A stretch of DNA of 62,477 nucleotides, filler included, from Sphacelaria rigidula (Eukaryota), in the NCBI GenBank assembly GCA_964200075.2. It is 6 parts of 6 records of this genome, joined end to end, with 100 filler letters (N's around TTAATTAATTAA, not from the genome) between each part and the next. Parts side by side here need not be neighbours in the genome. Positions count along the whole stretch, not along the records: positions 31,291 to 41,619 come from CAXNAA020006710.1; positions 41,720 to 52,048 come from CAXNAA020006711.1; 4 more parts are not named here. One strand, 5' to 3'. Below the pieces are notes generated by a model. It had not been told where the DNA came from and did no database searches. It saw only the letters and a list, made by a program, of their open reading frames with translations. The first letter of the stretch is position 1; each line of letters begins with the position of its first letter. Below are positions 36,489 to 49,018 of this stretch, in pieces. Position numbers and translations under genes: made by a program.

Positions 36489-39400
36489 TGTTGGATCTTA
36501 AGAAATAACAGTCCCGAGAATGCATACTCGAGATTAGTGGTACAACCAGTTAAGGTTCATCGTTAGAACGAAGATCGTAGTAATAACCGAAGAAGTGGAA
36601 TATTCATCGTAGAATAATGAATAGCTCATGCACTGTATAACTCGTGGACAGAAAGTAAGCATATATTGTCAGAATATTGACGGGTTGGGTACGAAGAGTG
36701 TAAGGTATCAACAGTTAGGATGAACAGCTTTATAGTGTCCAACCGTTTTGTCGACAGGGTGACATAGCCTTACGCTAGTACTCTCCAAAGGGACCCACCT
36801 CAAGTAAGCCTACCAGCTTGCCATCAGTATTCTATAGAGTAAAGACTGATTGTGTTTGATTTGAGTAACGGCCGGATGAAGCGACAAGTTGGGAACATTT
36901 TTCTCATCGCACAAGCAAGTGTCTAACACTGTGCAGCCTCTGCGAGCTATCTTGTCAGAGCTGTGTTCACCAGTTGAACCGATTGTTCCTGTCAAGTTGA
37001 GAGTCGAACGTTGTGTACTTTGTACACAAGCCACGATAGCCATAAATATTCTATCAGGTGATGAACCACATTTACAGGTGTTAACCCCAAGACGTGACTG
37101 CAGCAATATGTTTTGAGTTCTATTGTGTGACTACAGTATTTTGGAGTGTCTGGTGGTCTAGATGTTTCCAACACAGCGTAGTACCGTAGTCTTTGGCACC
37201 AGCAACCAGGACGCCCCATCGAGGACGTCAAACTGCAGCAAGGAATGGGCGTGGTCGTCCGCCCATCAGCGAGGACATCAAGAGAAAATTGAGGTGTGGA
37301 TAGAATGGTCCCGTCACAAAGACGGAGAAGAAACCTGAGGTGAAGAAACATTAAAGTGTGAAAAGAAGTGACACAGATTGTAACGGTTGAATAAATCTGG
37401 AGAGCCATCCGTTACTGAAGCCACAAGGTGTCTCAGTAAGTTTACCGAGACACATTTTCTTGAGTTGAAACGGCCCGTTCAGGCACTAGTTCCACTGACA
37501 AACCCGGGCATTTCGGAAATCATTAACGGCAGAAATCATCCCAAATAACTTTTATGGGCTTAGGCAGCGACGGGATGTAGGAACTCCGCAGCTCAGAGCT
37601 AGAGAGATATGTCGAGAGTAAGCTTTGTAGCTACACGTTTTAGAAGCCTTCCAACGGGAGCAGGAACAGACACGCCTTTAGAGGAGACGTCGACAGTAAG
37701 AGGAGCTGTCTCATCAAGTCAGGATTCCACAGAAAGAGTAAACAGTACTGACACTCATGCAAGAGTAGTCAGTAACGCACAGGAAGTAGCTGACTTCGAT
37801 CGTAATAATGAAGTGCTTTTTCATACTCCGGAGTACAATACTCCGGAGTACATTGTGCCTGACTTCAACCGGACGTGCGAACAGTTTTTCCCTGAGGTTC
37901 GAACTACAGGGCGCTGATGCACCTGATGGTGAAAAAGCTTGAGAACGATTGATTGCGAAGTACCAGAACTCGTCTAAGCAAAGACGTCATATTCTTATGA
38001 GACAGTTGGATAGTTGAACCATGTCGCAGGATGAGTATCCAGACACGTTCCTCACACAAATCTATCAACTCAAGGACCAACTCTGTTATATTGGAGAGAG
38101 CGTCAGTGATGAACGGTTAACAGATATAATAACGGAAGGGCTAACCGACGAGTATGTAGAAATCAAGTATGACGCTGAACGCGATCCTGATTTTAGGTTT
38201 GAGAACATTGAGCCAATCATACATATTTTATACGTAAACAGAATAACGCGTGGTATTTCGAATGAAAAGCCACATGGTAGAGAGAATGCTATGATTGCAG
38301 CATTGCCTGTAGGCTTTTCTGGGAAGAAAACACGACACCAAGTGAAGTGTTTAACTTGTGGTATGATACGTGACTATATGCGTGAATGCAGATCTAGACC
38401 GCAGTCTAAAGAGAGTTGTAGACAGAAAAAATGCTGTACGTTACACACAACATCCAACCATGATAACACGAAGTGCAGGAGTCAAAATAGGAATGAAGGT
38501 ACAGGGAGTAATAATGGCAATGTCGGGCACAACAGTGATGCCGCGCATCGTAGCAATCTGAAACGTGAATATCAGCATGTAAACATAGGCAACCTGGACA
38601 CAAGTACATATTTAGAGCCTACAAATGCACAAGTTATACGTGCAAGTGCATCGTCGGCACCAGTTGTAGATAATTCGACTGCAAGCGGGATGGGATTTAC
38701 TTTTCTCACGAAGGCTATAGATGATCGCAGCAGAAAAGTAGCCATGCTAATCTCATTTTCAGTAATAATCGACTTAGGGGCAGCCACCCACTGCGTAGAC
38801 AGTGATATACTACGTGGTATTGAGCGCGAAATATCAGATTGTGTTGAGTTCAGTCCCCCAATACGTATACGAACAACAGGAGGACACCTGCTAAAACGAA
38901 CCGGTGAAGGAGCTATACACACAATAGTGACAGACACCCATTGTTATTAGAGGTCTGTGTGTTCACGAGCCGTTGTAGTATCCAAGTTAGGGAAACATTC
39001 ATTTTCGCGTTGCGAAGCACCCAAGCAGGGCATGAGTACTATTTCTTCAGCAGATCCACATCTGGATTTGGGACATTTTCAAGTTTCAGTGAATGATGAT
39101 AACAACGGGATACTAAGGAGTATCAGTATGAAAACTATCCATGAGGGTATTTCAAGTAGCTCAGCGCCAACAACTACCGTAGTATCAGGAAAATCAATGG
39201 GCGTAGGCACAACATTGCTAGTCAGTGAGAGAGCAAAATAAGACCAAGAATCGCGTAGAAAGCAGAAGAAGAGCAGTAAATGTAAGTTGTCATCGATTCC
39301 AAGACAGTGAATCAAAATAAGAATAATAGAAACAACTCTTCAAGTAAAAGAAACAGTCATTTTCACCAGCAACGTAAGAAGTGGCAACAACAGCAGTTAT

Positions 39401-40667
39401 CTTCACGACATAAGGCAGCGTATATTAAAGAGATACTGGGGATTAAGAGTATAGAAGACTCATCACTACGAGGCGAAAACGTTCGAGAGAAGCAGAATAA
39501 GACACGTCGAGCGAGTAATAACAGGAGATCAGTTCAGTCACCTGTATACCTAAACAGTAGATCGGTAAAATCGCCTGCGTACATCAACATCAGTGATAAT
39601 AAACATGTACGTAAACTAGAGGAGGTACGACCGCACAATGATTTCATTTCCAAATGATCCCAGGTAATGCAAACAGCAGGGTTTTCAATTTCCAGCGACG
39701 AGGAATTACGGACCAAAGATATACCCGAAAAAAATTCGAGCGTCATGAAGAAGCAGCGGACAAACATACTACGGACTAATATTTTAGGTGTAACGTAGAA
39801 AGTAGTGAATTGTAGAGAAGGTGCATCATCATCGACGGCGTAGTGTAGCAACGATCGAGAGAGGAGCAGGAACAGAGGAGAGCAACGCCAACAACATCAA
39901 CGGAGAAGGACTCAGTGAGACAAGTAGATACGAATATTCGTTTTTTGAGTAAAGTAGAGTAAAGTACAGCAGCAAACCATGAGGTACAGGAAAGTTGAGT
40001 AAAGTACAAGTGGAGTACAGTATACACGTTGGATAATAAAAGGTGTGATTGCTTCTTTTTACTGTATATTTGAAACGTCATTTCGAAGGGCGTGTGAGAA
40101 CTTAAGAAATAACAGTTCCGAGTATAGATACTCGAGATTAGTCGTACAACCAGGTGCGGCTCATCGTTAGAACGAAGATCGTAGCAATAACCGAAGAAGT
40201 GGAATATTCATCGTGGGATAATGAATAGCTCATGTACTGTATAGCTCGTGGACAGGAAGTCAGCATATATTGTCGGTATATTGACGGGTTGGGTACGAAG
40301 AGTCTAAGGTATCAACGGTTTGAATAAAAGTTTTACAGTTTTAGTATCCAAACGCCTTGCCGACAGAGTGACATAGCCTTACGCTAGTACTCTCCAAAGG
40401 GACCCACCTCAAGTAAGCCTACCAGCTTGCCATCAGTATTTGGGGAATAGAGACTGATTGCGTTTGATTTGACGAACAGCCGGATGGAGCGCCAAGTTGA
40501 GAAATATTTTCTCATTGCACAAGCAAGTGTTCCACCAACACTGTGCAGCCTTTGCGAGCTCTCTTGTCAGAGCTGTGTTCACCAGATGAGTCGATTGTTC
40601 CTGTAAAATTGAGAGTCGAACGTTGTGTATTTTGTACACAAGCCATGACAGCCATATATATTCCAAA
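36489..40667 (+). mobile_element. Non-autonomous Copia-type LTR element with gag and protease only (TR-GAG-like), 4179 bp
   Basis: LTRs 36489-37056 and 40093-40667; perfect 5-bp TSD GTATG; PBS-like ggtgatgaacc after the 5' LTR; short purine tract gaagggcg before the 3' LTR; no integrase or RT motifs seen. Confidence 0.88.
38021..38950 (+). pseudogene. Copia gag (UBN2-like) and aspartic protease
   Basis: PDTFLTQIYQLKDQLCYIGESVSDERLTDIITEGLTDEY, decayed knuckle CLTCGMIRDYMREC, CTLHTTSNHDNTKC, protease IIDLGAATHCV; upstream gag is frameshifted. Confidence 0.85.
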
Positions 40668-40900
40668 GTATGTACATGGAGCATTTAAACGTTTCTCGCA
40701 TAAACGTTTGGAGGCCGCCAATACATGTGAATTAATGGCGAAGCGGCTCAAAACGGCGTAATAATGTACACGAATATTGTCAACCGTGTGTTTGCTATAC
40801 GCTTAAGCGAAGGAAGGGGTCAAGACGTGACCGTTCAGCCAAGCAAAATAGGTTGTGCCCGTATTCCTGCTGATTGCCAATTGTGGTTTTTTATACTCAC

Positions 40901-41313
40901 CTCGCTGGAGAAGAGAACGATGTTGACGAACGTGTGCAAGTTCAGCGTGCCCAGGACGCTCCCGACGGCATCGACGGCTAGTTCGAGCCGACCTTCACTT
41001 CCCATGGATCCGCTGATGTCGACAATAATCACCACATCTTTAGGCCCGCTGGAAGCAGCGACATACCAGGGACGTATCCTGGGGTCGTAACTGCCACACT
41101 CAGTGGTTACGGCAATCCCAGGATGAATGCGGAAAGCGCCTGTCCACGACCCGAAGTAATTGTAGACGGAGGAAACCCCGCCCGGTGACCTAGAGCTTTC
41201 CCAGTTGTTCTTGAAGACAGGGTCTAGTATAGTACTGTAGCAGATCGTTTCAATTATGTCCGGATTGGTGGGGTTCTTGTCGGGGCCATCGTTGAGGCCA
41301 CCAGGAAGGCGCA
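40901..41313 (-). CDS. Internal exon of a calcium-channel alpha2delta-like / Cache-VWA protein
   Basis: ttccctgacag acceptor and gtgagt donor; YNYFGSWTGAFRIHPG...SYDPRIRPWYVAASSGPKDVVIIVDISGSMG...RLELAVDAVGSVLGTL is VWA_N plus VWA with an intact DxSxS MIDAS start. Confidence 0.9.
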
Positions 41314-41619
41314 CTGTCAGGGAAAAACGAGTCGAGGACGGTACGACGGGGGTAGTTGGGAGACGTGGGCGTTGCGTGCACATTCATCATCCACCCAGGT
41401 TGCAGATCAATAGCATACCAACCTCCTGCTTCTTGTGTGACCATGGTAGCTCGTGGTTATTTTTGATAAGCCAGAAGTGAACCTAAATCTAGGGGTACTT
41501 GGTACAGGTGGAACGATAAAACACGATTCCGAGCCAAACTAGGATAGGGGGGGTGTACGTATCTACATGCATGCCATAGCCATAAGACCATTGACCTCGC
41601 ATCCCTACAATGCCGGGAC

Positions 41620-41719
41620 NNNNNNNNNNNNNNNNNNNNNNNNNNNNNNNNNNNNNNNNNNNNTTAATTAATTAANNNNNNNNNNNNNNNNNNNNNNNNN
41701 NNNNNNNNNNNNNNNNNNN
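41620..41719. other. Artificial contig linker
   Basis: N44-TTAATTAATTAA-N44. Confidence 0.98.
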
Positions 41720-43018
41720 CATCGTTGCCGGACGATGGCCTCGGCACTTTGACACCCGGTCTTCTTGAGGGCCTGTGCATACGACAGCTGTCGGTATGTG
41801 CAGCGCACTCGGCGGTACCCGATGATTCGCAGTAGGAGCCGGTAGTGTACCTTTTTCAGCAAGTCGTAGTGTTCGCGGCGCGGGGCCCACGTCATGCATC
41901 CGTACAGTAGGACCTCCATCGCCTCCGCTTTCAGCAGTCGGACCTTGAGTGTCCATGGTGCTCTCGGTCGGTCGAAGAGCTACCGGAAAAACTTCCTGAT
42001 GCACACCCACGGTTCTCTGCTCCGATTGTTGATTTCTTGTCTGCGTTCGCCCTCTTCGTTGACGAGCGATCCCGCCCAAGTATCGGAAACTACTTTTCTG
42101 GGCGTAGTTCTGGCCCGATGCTTCGATGATCAGCGGTGGGGGAGATGGTGTTGGTGACTCCCCCTTATTCGGTGCTTGCCTCGGCGGCCGCATCAAGAGA
42201 GTTTCCGTCTTGTTTTCCGATACGGTCAGTCCTAAGGCAACGAACACGTCCACTATGATGGTCATCCTCGCCAGTCCGTCGGGGGATCTCGAGATGACGC
42301 CGGCATCGTCGGCATTAAGCATTCCCCACACCGCTCTCCGTACACATTCCAGCTGTGTCTCCGCCCCCGTCTCCGTCTCCTCATCGAGATATACCACGTA
42401 CTTGATGATATCATCCTCGCTGAATCGCACGAGGGCTATCTCGAGTACTGCCGCGAAGATGTTGAACACCAGGGGAGACAGTTCACATCCTTGTTGCAAT
42501 CCCTGTGTGACTTCAAACCACCCCGAGGGCCCCCCGTCGTCCATGCGTACGCGGGCCTGCATACCGTCGTGAAATTGGCGGATAACGGCTATCACATCAC
42601 CTGGGATACCAGCCCGGGCCAGTACCTGCCACAGCTCGCCGTCGACCTAGTTATATGCCTTCTGGAGGTCGACGAAGCACATGTACAGCGGTATTCTCCG
42701 CCGCCGTCCAAGCTCCTGGAGTCGGCGCACTACGAACAGCATGTCGACAGGGGAACGGTCAGGTCGGAAGCAGCGCTGTTCCTCCGGTAATATCCCGTGC
42801 GTTTCGCAATAGTCGCTGAGGCGGTTGGCCACTATCTTCAAGAGCACTTTCCCTGCGTGCGATACCAGAGAAATCCCACTGTAATTATTGCTGTTGGACC
42901 GGTCCAAATTCTTGTACAGCACCTTGATGGTTGCATCTTTCCACTCCTGCGGGACCTCATCTCCGTTCCACACCTCGACGAGAATGGTCTGGGAGCGTTC
43001 GAGAATGACGGGCTCGGC
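41720..43018 (-). mobile_element. 5'-truncated, degenerate RTE-clade LINE (reverse transcriptase)
   Basis: [15 protein letters not shown]...[15 protein letters not shown]...[10 protein letters not shown]...[48 protein letters not shown]; stops and frameshifts. Confidence 0.95.
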
Positions 43019-43622
43019 GCGGCTGAAAATGATGCCGCTTCACGAAAAGGCCCCTGTGTCCATCTCTTGGTCGTGTCCCGGAGATTTGGGTTGCACAGTA
43101 AGCCCAGATATTTGGGCTCTTGCGAAAACGAGACCCGGAACCAAAAAATGCAACCCCCATCGTAGCATTGCTCATTAGGTCTACTGCTGTAAGGATTAAC
43201 GGGTCTCTTATCATGCTGGAAGACAACGTGTCGTGGAACACGTCGGAAGGTCCCCGTCAGCGCGGTTTGGAAAAATAGGCGCTCTCAATTGGATCTTCAA
43301 CTCTCTATTTGACGAAAAAATTGTTTCGCCTGCAAGTAGGAAGAAGGGGAAACAGCTGACAACCAAACGGTCAGGAGGCACATGATGATGACAGCACCCA
43401 CAGAACAAGATTCAGTATCACAATATATTGAGCACGAACAAAAATGGACGGAATCGAAATGACCTGTACAAGTGCAACTACACTCCTGATATGACCGGAT
43501 GCCGAACAAGACACGTCTGTTTTTCACAAAAAACGTTCCGTGAGATTGGATTGCATCCCTACACAGCTCGGCTGCTGTCTCGCCCCTCGCCCTCATGCGG
43601 TGCCATCACCATTTCACTTCCT

Positions 43623-43860
43623 CGGTATCAAGTATGTACTGCCCTGGGTGGGGGCAGGTGAGCTGGGGCAGGTAGATTCGTTCACCTCCACGTTTTTTTT
43701 GTGAGTTGATGACCATCATTCGCTCATACTCATTGTAGCCCGTGACGTAATGCCACGCATCTCATTGACGGCAATCGTTCGCCTATGCATGTATTCAACA
43801 GTGTATGAAGTGACGTTACGAAGTTACCGACGGTCACGGTTGCTAATCTTACTCAAGTGA
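43623..43860 (-). repeat. Dispersed repeat homologous to 31340-31580
   Basis: Reverse-complement similarity, seen by eye. Confidence 0.65.
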
Positions 43861-45117
43861 TGCTCCATATTCAATCGAGTATTACTGACAGTAGTGTTGA
43901 ATATCGAACGGAAAAAAAGTTCGATACGATATTTTCAACGTATGGACCTCAAGATGTCTATACCGATATTTTTTCGATACGCGGAAAACGGCCCGGTACG
44001 TATCGATACTCGATACGATATGACACTGCTGTTTTGGTGGGGACACATAATGCAAGACCTCACGGTACTGCACTGACACTGGCAACCTAACCCGGAATGG
44101 GTGCACGCCTGATAGTACAGAGGGCAATGGCCTAGAAAAGGTATACCTTCTCGTTTTGAGCAAGAAAAAGGTACGAGAAATGGCCAGTGAGGCGAAAACA
44201 ACCAAACACGCCATTTTGACCGCTTTCGCTCCGCATGTTTCACGCACATCATCTGGGGGGGGCATTGGTACCCGGGCCTTGAAAAAAACGCGGGAAAAAA
44301 CATGTTACTCGAGAGACATGGCGACGCGATAACGGACGTCTCGCCCTCAGAAATTGCTTACCTTTCGTAGGCCAAATTTCGCCCAGGTATACCTAATCTA
44401 GGAATTATTTTTCAATCGTACCTTATCTGGGCCATCAATCGGCCGGGAACGTACCTGTGCTAAGCCATCGCTCTCTAGACTACCTGATGCGGCACATAGC
44501 GCGCAAGGGAGTCTATGCGCCAGCTCCAACCATGGCGTCCATACCTTCGGCTCTTTTCCCGCTCATTTGCCATTCACGGATGCTACAGCGACCACGCCCC
44601 CTTCTCCCCGGAAATGGTTACCAAGTCTCTTCGCTATTACTGTTCTGTCCCTAGCTCTCTATGCGTGACGACCAGTACTGTACCCGTTCCGTGAACAAAC
44701 GATCGATGATGCGACAATCGCCCGTTGGTGGCGGAAGAGCCTAGCTTGACCCTGACACCAGCCCCAAAATCGCAAAAGTACAACATTGTTCCACAACCCA
44801 TCATATTATAAGAGACGACGCGCTATAAGCTGTGAGTCCACATACCATCAACGTCGATGCCACGCTACAATACTTGATCCGCTGAAGGCGCAAATGAACT
44901 GTCCCCGCTCGAGTCACTACTCGAGTCTGGGGTGATCCCTTATGCCGGTCTGCAGTGCTGCTCATGCTTCGTGTTTCCACTCAGCGGTACCTCGTATCCC
45001 TTTTGGGTGCGTTGATCTACAAGAGGTACATGTTTAGGTCATGCACATGCGGCCATTCGTCTACCTCCAAACTTCCTCCAGGTGGGTACACTTTTCGAGC
45101 CTCCAGAGGAATTGAAC

Positions 45118-45313
45118 GCCTCCGGATGGGTGCGCGGCGCTCCAGAGGAATTGTTTTCCCTTATTCTTGCTTCCGCAGGGCCGCGCATACCCCCAAATTC
45201 CTTCGGAGAGGTGCGCGGCCCTCCGGGTCGGTAGAGTTTGGTCTCCTCTACAGGGATGGAAGGTCTCCGGTTGCTTGTTTGCCCCCTGGAGGGCCGCGCA
45301 TCCCTCCGGAGGC
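45118..45313. repeat. Nested inverted-repeat element (MITE-like)
   Basis: gcctccggatgggtgcgcggcgctccag...ctggagggccgcgcatccctccggaggc, with an inner agggccgcgca...tgcgcggccct pair. Confidence 0.65.
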
Positions 45314-46184
45314 ATTTTGGGATGTAGCCAAATGGTCGCGTGTTTGAGGTTGTGTTTTTCGATTGAGCCTACATCCGTGCCTCCCCAAGGTATATACCTG
45401 TGCTCATACCTGCAATCGGGTATCTATATAACAGTATACCCTCAACCGGGGTAAAGGTATGGGAGGCTTACAGAGCTTAATCTTGAGCCGTTTTCTGCGA
45501 AATTCTGACACGATGTACACGATGTATGTGCGAAGACTCTACCTTCAGGCCTGTACATATATTTGTTTTCTCCGTGAGTTGTGGGCGACCGAATATTTTG
45601 GAACAAAATCGTGAATAATTCTCCAAAAATACGTCGTGTACATCGTGTCCGAGGTTTGTAGAGAACGACCAAAAATTGAGCTGGAAAGTCGCGTGTTCAC
45701 ATCCCTGTCCGCGTCTTGGGCGGCCCAGCCTGTACACTCTGGCAAATTTGAAATTTGAACAAGAGAAGCTGCTCGAAATCGATCCTCACTTTGCCCGCCA
45801 ATTCATCCATAAATTGGGAAAAACGAGAACTCATTGCGAACAGTCTCAGCTGTGCATGTCCCGCATTCTGCACCGTCATCAGCGGATGGGATGCGAGATG
45901 TGCAGCAGTAATTATTGAAAATGACTCATCCTCTTACCCCCCAATTCATAGATCGGTTGGGCTGAATGATAGAATTCTCAACAGCTTTTCCTGAATACAA
46001 ATCCCACACACTGCTTACGAGTGTATGTCCACACGCCTGTGCTTCGATGCAACGCTTCAGCTGCAGGCGTGGTGAAGATGCTGGATTGTCGGACTGTTGT
46101 TGTAGCTGCTGCTGCTGCTGCCCTACCGTACATGCGAGTGTTTCATCTTGGGGCGCTAAAAACCACGGCTTCTATTGTAGATTT

Positions 46185-46290
46185 GAGTCGGCAGCTCAGT
46201 TGGGTCGTGGGTTTGAATCTCAGCGCCGTCACACGATCTAGGATTTTACCTCACACCATGGCCAAACGTGGAGAGAGATTATGTCGTAAT
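46185..46290 (+). mobile_element. Degenerate tRNA-derived SINE remnant
   Basis: A-box-like cagctcagttgg directly followed by B-box-like gtcgtgggtttgaatctc; no anticodon arm, so not a tRNA gene. Confidence 0.4.
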
Positions 46291-49018
46291 GGTGGACGAA
46301 ACTCGACAACGCGTGTGTTTTTGGTTTGCGGGGGCAATGAAATCCCCGCGTTCAATCAAGCTGTGTTCTCGGTTTGCGGAGGCAGTGAGTTCTCCGCGTT
46401 CACCTCTGATGGTGTTGCGTTGATTGTCATCAGTCAAGCCTTTGCTTGGGCCTCTGTCATCGGGACACCTATGTTCCTCTTCTGGCTAGAAACGAGGCAA
46501 CTCCTTTCATTTTTGGAATCGGCATAATTTTCACTCAAAATTAGTATCGGAATCATGATCGGTAGAGAACCAGGACAGTATGAAACAGCAGCGTGTCGCC
46601 CTTCTCCAGTGAATGCTCGAGGCGGCCTTGGCACGCCTCGAGCGCGTTTTGATCTTGCATGCATATCGCATTGCCTCGACTTCACTTCATTTTTTTCTAT
46701 CTCTTGACTGCTGCTGCTACTCAGCAGTACATGCGATTTGTATTTCATGAGGCACCGAAAATACCGGTACCTGTTGTTTTTATCTGCAATGGAATCGGTA
46801 TCAACTTCGGTGGAAACAAAAATCCATGACCCAACTGACTACCCTCGCAGTCTGGGGCCACGACGTTTATGGCGGTGATGATGCCGAGCCGAGGAAGGGA
46901 ATGGCGAAAAAGCCAGCATAAACTGACATATCCCCAGCTGTCTCAGCTGACGAGCAGCTACGGCTTGAGCTGTGTGGTTTTGGTTTGCGGGGCAAGTCAA
47001 CTCCTCAGGGGAGTTCTCATCGTTTCTCCTGATCCTCGAGACAAGAAACACAACAAAACGAACAGAACCACACCAACTCACAAAGAGAAACGTCAAGGAA
47101 ACCGAAGCGAAAAAGTCCCACCCGGGTCCATCCAAATGAGGTGAAAACAATTTCATTGAAGCGGCATCAAGTCAACGGATGCTGATCCTCTTTGTTTGAG
47201 ATGGACGCGCGTCTCACAAAATCATCGTGCTCAGCTCATGAGCTAGCTGCTGCTACGGCTTTGCCGTACTGTGCCAGGTACCATGACGCAACGTACACGA
47301 GCATCGCCGGTGCCCATGTCTCTTGGCTGTCGATCCATTGAGCCTGGCGGCGAAAGCCGCCGAAACTCTTCGAAGCCCGCTGATGACATGGTTGAGTGCA
47401 TCGCGGGAAACAAAACGGACGGGCGCGACCAGATTTTCGCAAATTTGGATGAAATGAAAAGAAAAGGCAACTTTTAACTTCTTGAATTTTACGCACGGTT
47501 GCGTCGGAGACCAAAAGCTGAACAAAAAAGCAAGGCAAGCCAGGCAGAGTCGGTACTCCACTGAGCTGGGTCGCACCACCAGCCGTCACCAACACTTTGC
47601 CGAAGAACTGTACGCCTTACGATTTCCCCCGTCTCCCCCGCCGCCGTCCCCACAACCCCTTCTGCCCCTGCCACTTCCGCCCGAAGGGGTATATCGATAG
47701 TTTTCTGCAAAACCTGCGAATTCGCCGCCGTTACTTTGTATTTCCTCATCAAAATGACACCCGTTTCATACAATCTATTTTTGCATACCCGAATCTCGGC
47801 TTGGAGATGAACTTTCGGGGTGCGTTGGGGTGAATAAGAAACAGTCTTGGGCCAGAACCAAAGAACATGCATATTTGAAACCAAATCGGACGTCGTGCCG
47901 TCCCGTTGCGTGCTGTTGCAACACGCCACCCCAAATGCAGCGATATGGGCTTGTTGGGTGTGCCCCATATTACATACGGCAGAAGTTTCAGAGCGTTGTA
48001 GTACCACCTGCGCACGCACGGCAGTTCGTCGCCGAGCAGGATTCTTTGCAGGCGAAATGTGACTGGGTAAATATTTTGTTTAACCCCAACGTGCACGGGG
48101 TATCCCGATTCGGATCGATATTGTTTTCCAGCGCAGCAGCCGCCCAGCTGCGCACGATGTGGAAGTTAGTACAACAGCGTGCCGAGATATGCATCAGGAG
48201 TTCGTGCATAGGAGTGTGGTCTGCGGGCAAGCCGCGTGTGTGGACGTTGCCAAAACTCGCTAATCGCTGTACTACGTCTTGCGCATGAGCAAAACGTACC
48301 GCGGATTGGCGCACATGCTCCCTGCCTAGTGTGGTGCCACTTTTTTCGGCCGGTTATACACCCCCACGGGGGAGAATTGAAGCAAATTTGCTGTTGATGA
48401 GTGCAATGTTGGCATTCACGTGTACAAAAAGGACACATAAAAGGAGTGAGTACGGCCACTGCAAACGGCACGGGTAGCGTCACACTGGTATGTCTCCGCG
48501 ATCGAAGGAATGAATCTTGAGCCCCGAGAAGATGCAATAAGAGTGTCCACTCGGCAGGAGGGGGGACGGAGGGCCACCATCGATTCGGGATCTTTGTCAA
48601 CAGCCAGCGAGCAGAGTACATGTGGGGCCTGTGCAGTAAATAATCGAGAAGTTCATATTCTGCAGTTTGAACGTAGACATGCAATATTTTACCGTGAAGA
48701 AGAAAAATGAGATGAGCAACGGAGAGCACCGGACGAAGCATGCGTTATGACAAATTAATGGTCCTTGTAGCCAGAGTATAGAGAGACTACTTATATTCCC
48801 ACTTGGCCTACGATTCGTCTACAACCTCCAGAGAATATAGCCAGCAGGAGCAGTGACAGGAGCAGTGGCTACTCCACCGCACTGCCCGGTCACGAGCCTC
48901 CCTCTTGAGCCACGCACAAACACACATTTCCGAAAAGAACGCGCGCACTACAGGAGGACTGCCCGTTCCAAGAAACTTGAGTTTTCCATCCGAACGTAAC
49001 GTCTGCTGCTTGTTAAGG

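Noticed and set aside
46185..46230. tRNA gene
   Set aside because: A and B boxes are adjacent with no anticodon arm or acceptor stem; treated as a SINE relic.
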